From Ignavibacteriota bacterium (GTDB taxonomy: Bacteria; Bacteroidota; Ignavibacteria; UBA10030; CAVZMI01), in assembly GCA_963776275.1 (NCBI GenBank), contig CAVZMI010000014.1:1-64000 (forward strand): a stretch of DNA of 64,000 nt, given 5' to 3'. The position numbers were made by a program, and so were the translations under genes. The notes under the pieces were generated by a model, which saw only the letters and a list, made by a program, of their open reading frames with translations, did no database searches and was not told the origin of the DNA. Below, in pieces: positions 62,113 to 64,000 of this stretch (the stretch's first letter is position 1; each line of letters begins with the position of its first letter).

Positions 62113-62289
62113 ATGTAGTAATACGGCGTATTACGATTGGTTCGAGTATCAGGGGAATGACGAAGTGTACAAATAGTACGAATAAAATGGTGTACTGTGA
62201 ACACAAATAAATATACTTTTAAGGATATTGCTTCGTCAAATAATAATATATGAGAAATACATAAAAGCTAAAGGATAGGGAAATTAAAC

Positions 62290-63948
62290 ATGGCACAATT
62301 TATCAAGAAAAATGGACTGATAATCGCTCTTCTGATTTGTCTCCCGATCTTCAATCGAATGGATATTCTTGCAGCAGATGGAAGAGTGAAGGTAAGCGAG
62401 ACCCATCAGACAATGGAAGGCTTTGGAGCTTCGGTAGCATTCTATGTAAACTGGCTCACAAATCATCCGAATAGAGTAGATATTTATGATTTGGTCTGTA
62501 ATGATCTCGGATTGGATATTATCAGGCTTCAGAATGTCTATCGGGGTTCAGGGGGTGATTTTGATCCGGACGCAAAACAGATCGTCGAGCAGATGAATGC
62601 AATTGCGTTGGTCCCTCCTCTAGTCATGCTCTCTTCCTGGTCGCCGCCGGGAAATTTAAAGAGTAATGGGGTTCCTGAAAATGGCGGAACCTTGATTAAG
62701 GAAAACGGCAAATATGTCTATGGTGCCTTTGCACAGTATTGGGTCGATGCCCTGAACGCGTATGCGGCTGAGGGGGTCATACCGAATTATATCGGCATAC
62801 AAAATGAACCCGATTGGTCCTCGTCGTGGGCAACATGCCTCTTTGATGGTGCAGAGAATTCTACTCATGCCGGATATAATCGTGCGCTCGATTCCGTCTA
62901 TTTTGCTCTTCAACAAATGTCGTCGCCTCCGAAAATCATGGGTCCCGAAGTCCTTGGAATCGGATATAACCATTTCCAGAGTTATGCCAACCAATTCAAT
63001 CATGCCCATTTGGATGCATATGCATATCATTTGTATCACGGAGAATCTGACAATGTTAATGATAATCATAATCCGGACCTATTCATCCCGAATCTCTCGG
63101 GGATAGCAGCGAGTTATCCGGGAAAACCGATCTTTCAGACAGAATACGACCGGGGCGATTGGTTTAATACTGTCTGGTTGATAAACAATTGTCTGGTGAA
63201 TGGTAATGTTTCAGCATATTTATATTGGGAATTGACCTGGGATAAGGGCCCCGGGACAGCGTTGATCGGTCTGGAAAACCCTTGGAGCCCGGGAGGTTGG
63301 ACCACAACAGGGGGGTATATTTTAACCAACTATTACTGGGGATTCAGACAGTATTCAAAATATATCGATGCCGGATGGAAAAGAGTAACGACGGAGGTAG
63401 ATGTGGATAGTCTTCGAATGTCCGCTTTCATCAGTCCGGATGGAGATTATCTGACTGTCGTGATTCTGAATATTGCTAGTTCACCCAGGACGATGGCCGT
63501 TGATATTCAGGATTTCAACGTTATCGACGGAATAATTGTACGTACTTCCGACACAGAACAGGGTGTAATGATAAATGGTAGTTATGATGGTAAAGCAGCG
63601 ACAGAATTTCCCGCCCGCACGATTAGTACAATGGCATTTGCAGGTGCATCGACAAATAAGGCGAAAGAGGCGCCGTACAAACCTGCAGAATTCTCATTGT
63701 ATCAGAACTATCCGAATCCATTTAATCCTGTGACGGATATCGATTATTTGATAACGTCGCAAAGTTATGTCCAGATAAAAGTATATGATGTATTAGGACG
63801 TGAGGTAGCGATGTTGGTGAATGAAAAAATGCCGGCTGGAAGGCATACGGTTCATTTTGAAGCGAATGATTTGAATTCAGGAGTCTATTTATACCGGCTC
63901 AAGGCTGGAAACTTCATTCAAACGAAAAAGATGATTCTGATAAAATAG
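62290..63948 (+). CDS. GH30 xylanase-like (glucuronoxylanase subfamily unresolved) with T9SS type-A CTD
   Basis: QTMEGFGAS, SSWSPP, acid/base IQNEPD, nucleophile FQTEY, AYLYW; CTD YQNYPNPFNP. Confidence 0.85.
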   Translation: MAQFIKKNGLIIALLICLPIFNRMDILAADGRVKVSETHQTMEGFGASVAFYVNWLTNHPNRVDIYDLVCNDLGLDIIRLQNVYRGSGGDFDPDAKQIVEQMNAIALVPPLVMLSSWSPPGNLKSNGVPENGGTLIKENGKYVYGAFAQYWVDALNAYAAEGVIPNYIGIQNEPDWSSSWATCLFDGAENSTHAGYNRALDSVYFALQQMSSPPKIMGPEVLGIGYNHFQSYANQFNHAHLDAYAYHLYHGESDNVNDNHNPDLFIPNLSGIAASYPGKPIFQTEYDRGDWFNTVWLINNCLVNGNVSAYLYWELTWDKGPGTALIGLENPWSPGGWTTTGGYILTNYYWGFRQYSKYIDAGWKRVTTEVDVDSLRMSAFISPDGDYLTVVILNIASSPRTMAVDIQDFNVIDGIIVRTSDTEQGVMINGSYDGKAATEFPARTISTMAFAGASTNKAKEAPYKPAEFSLYQNYPNPFNPVTDIDYLITSQSYVQIKVYDVLGREVAMLVNEKMPAGRHTVHFEANDLNSGVYLYRLKAGNFIQTKKMILIK

Positions 63949-64000
63949 GAATGCGACCAATAATTTGAAAAAGTAAGTAACGATAGCAATCGGGGAAAAT

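Overview
Bacterial genomic window, almost entirely one large plant-polysaccharide utilisation region. T9SS-type C-terminal sorting domains, PorV/PorQ-family barrels and TonB-dependent receptors point to an FCB-group organism. E. coli-like TTGACN-17-TAnnnT promoters, GGAG Shine-Dalgarno sites and the absence of SusC/SusD suggest an Ignavibacteria/KSB1/Calditrichota-like lineage rather than Bacteroidia (inference). The left arm (minus strand) is a xyloglucan-type enzyme set (GH31-PA14, GH95, GH2, GH12, an unassigned clan GH-A enzyme, a CotH-family protein). The right arm (plus strand) encodes a tandem-CBM9 protein, an SSS symporter, GH94, SGNH-TPR, an internally deleted IS3, GH3, and a glucuronoxylan set (GH8, GH115, GH30). 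The centre holds the most striking feature: three copies, plus an eroded fourth remnant, of a SusD-less module made of TonB-dependent receptor -> large secreted partner with a variant T9SS-like tail -> dedicated PorV-family barrel -> IPT/TIG beta-propeller lipoprotein. These flank a solute-binding protein / atypical histidine kinase / sigma54 activator trio. The two tandem copies are nearly identical at both ends but divergent in the receptor-barrel + partner core, like swappable specificity cassettes. Six single-base frameshifts and one in-frame TGA interrupt genes, reflecting either sequencing error or decay. No rRNA, tRNA or CRISPR array was recognised. All family calls are by eye from motifs, not from database searches.
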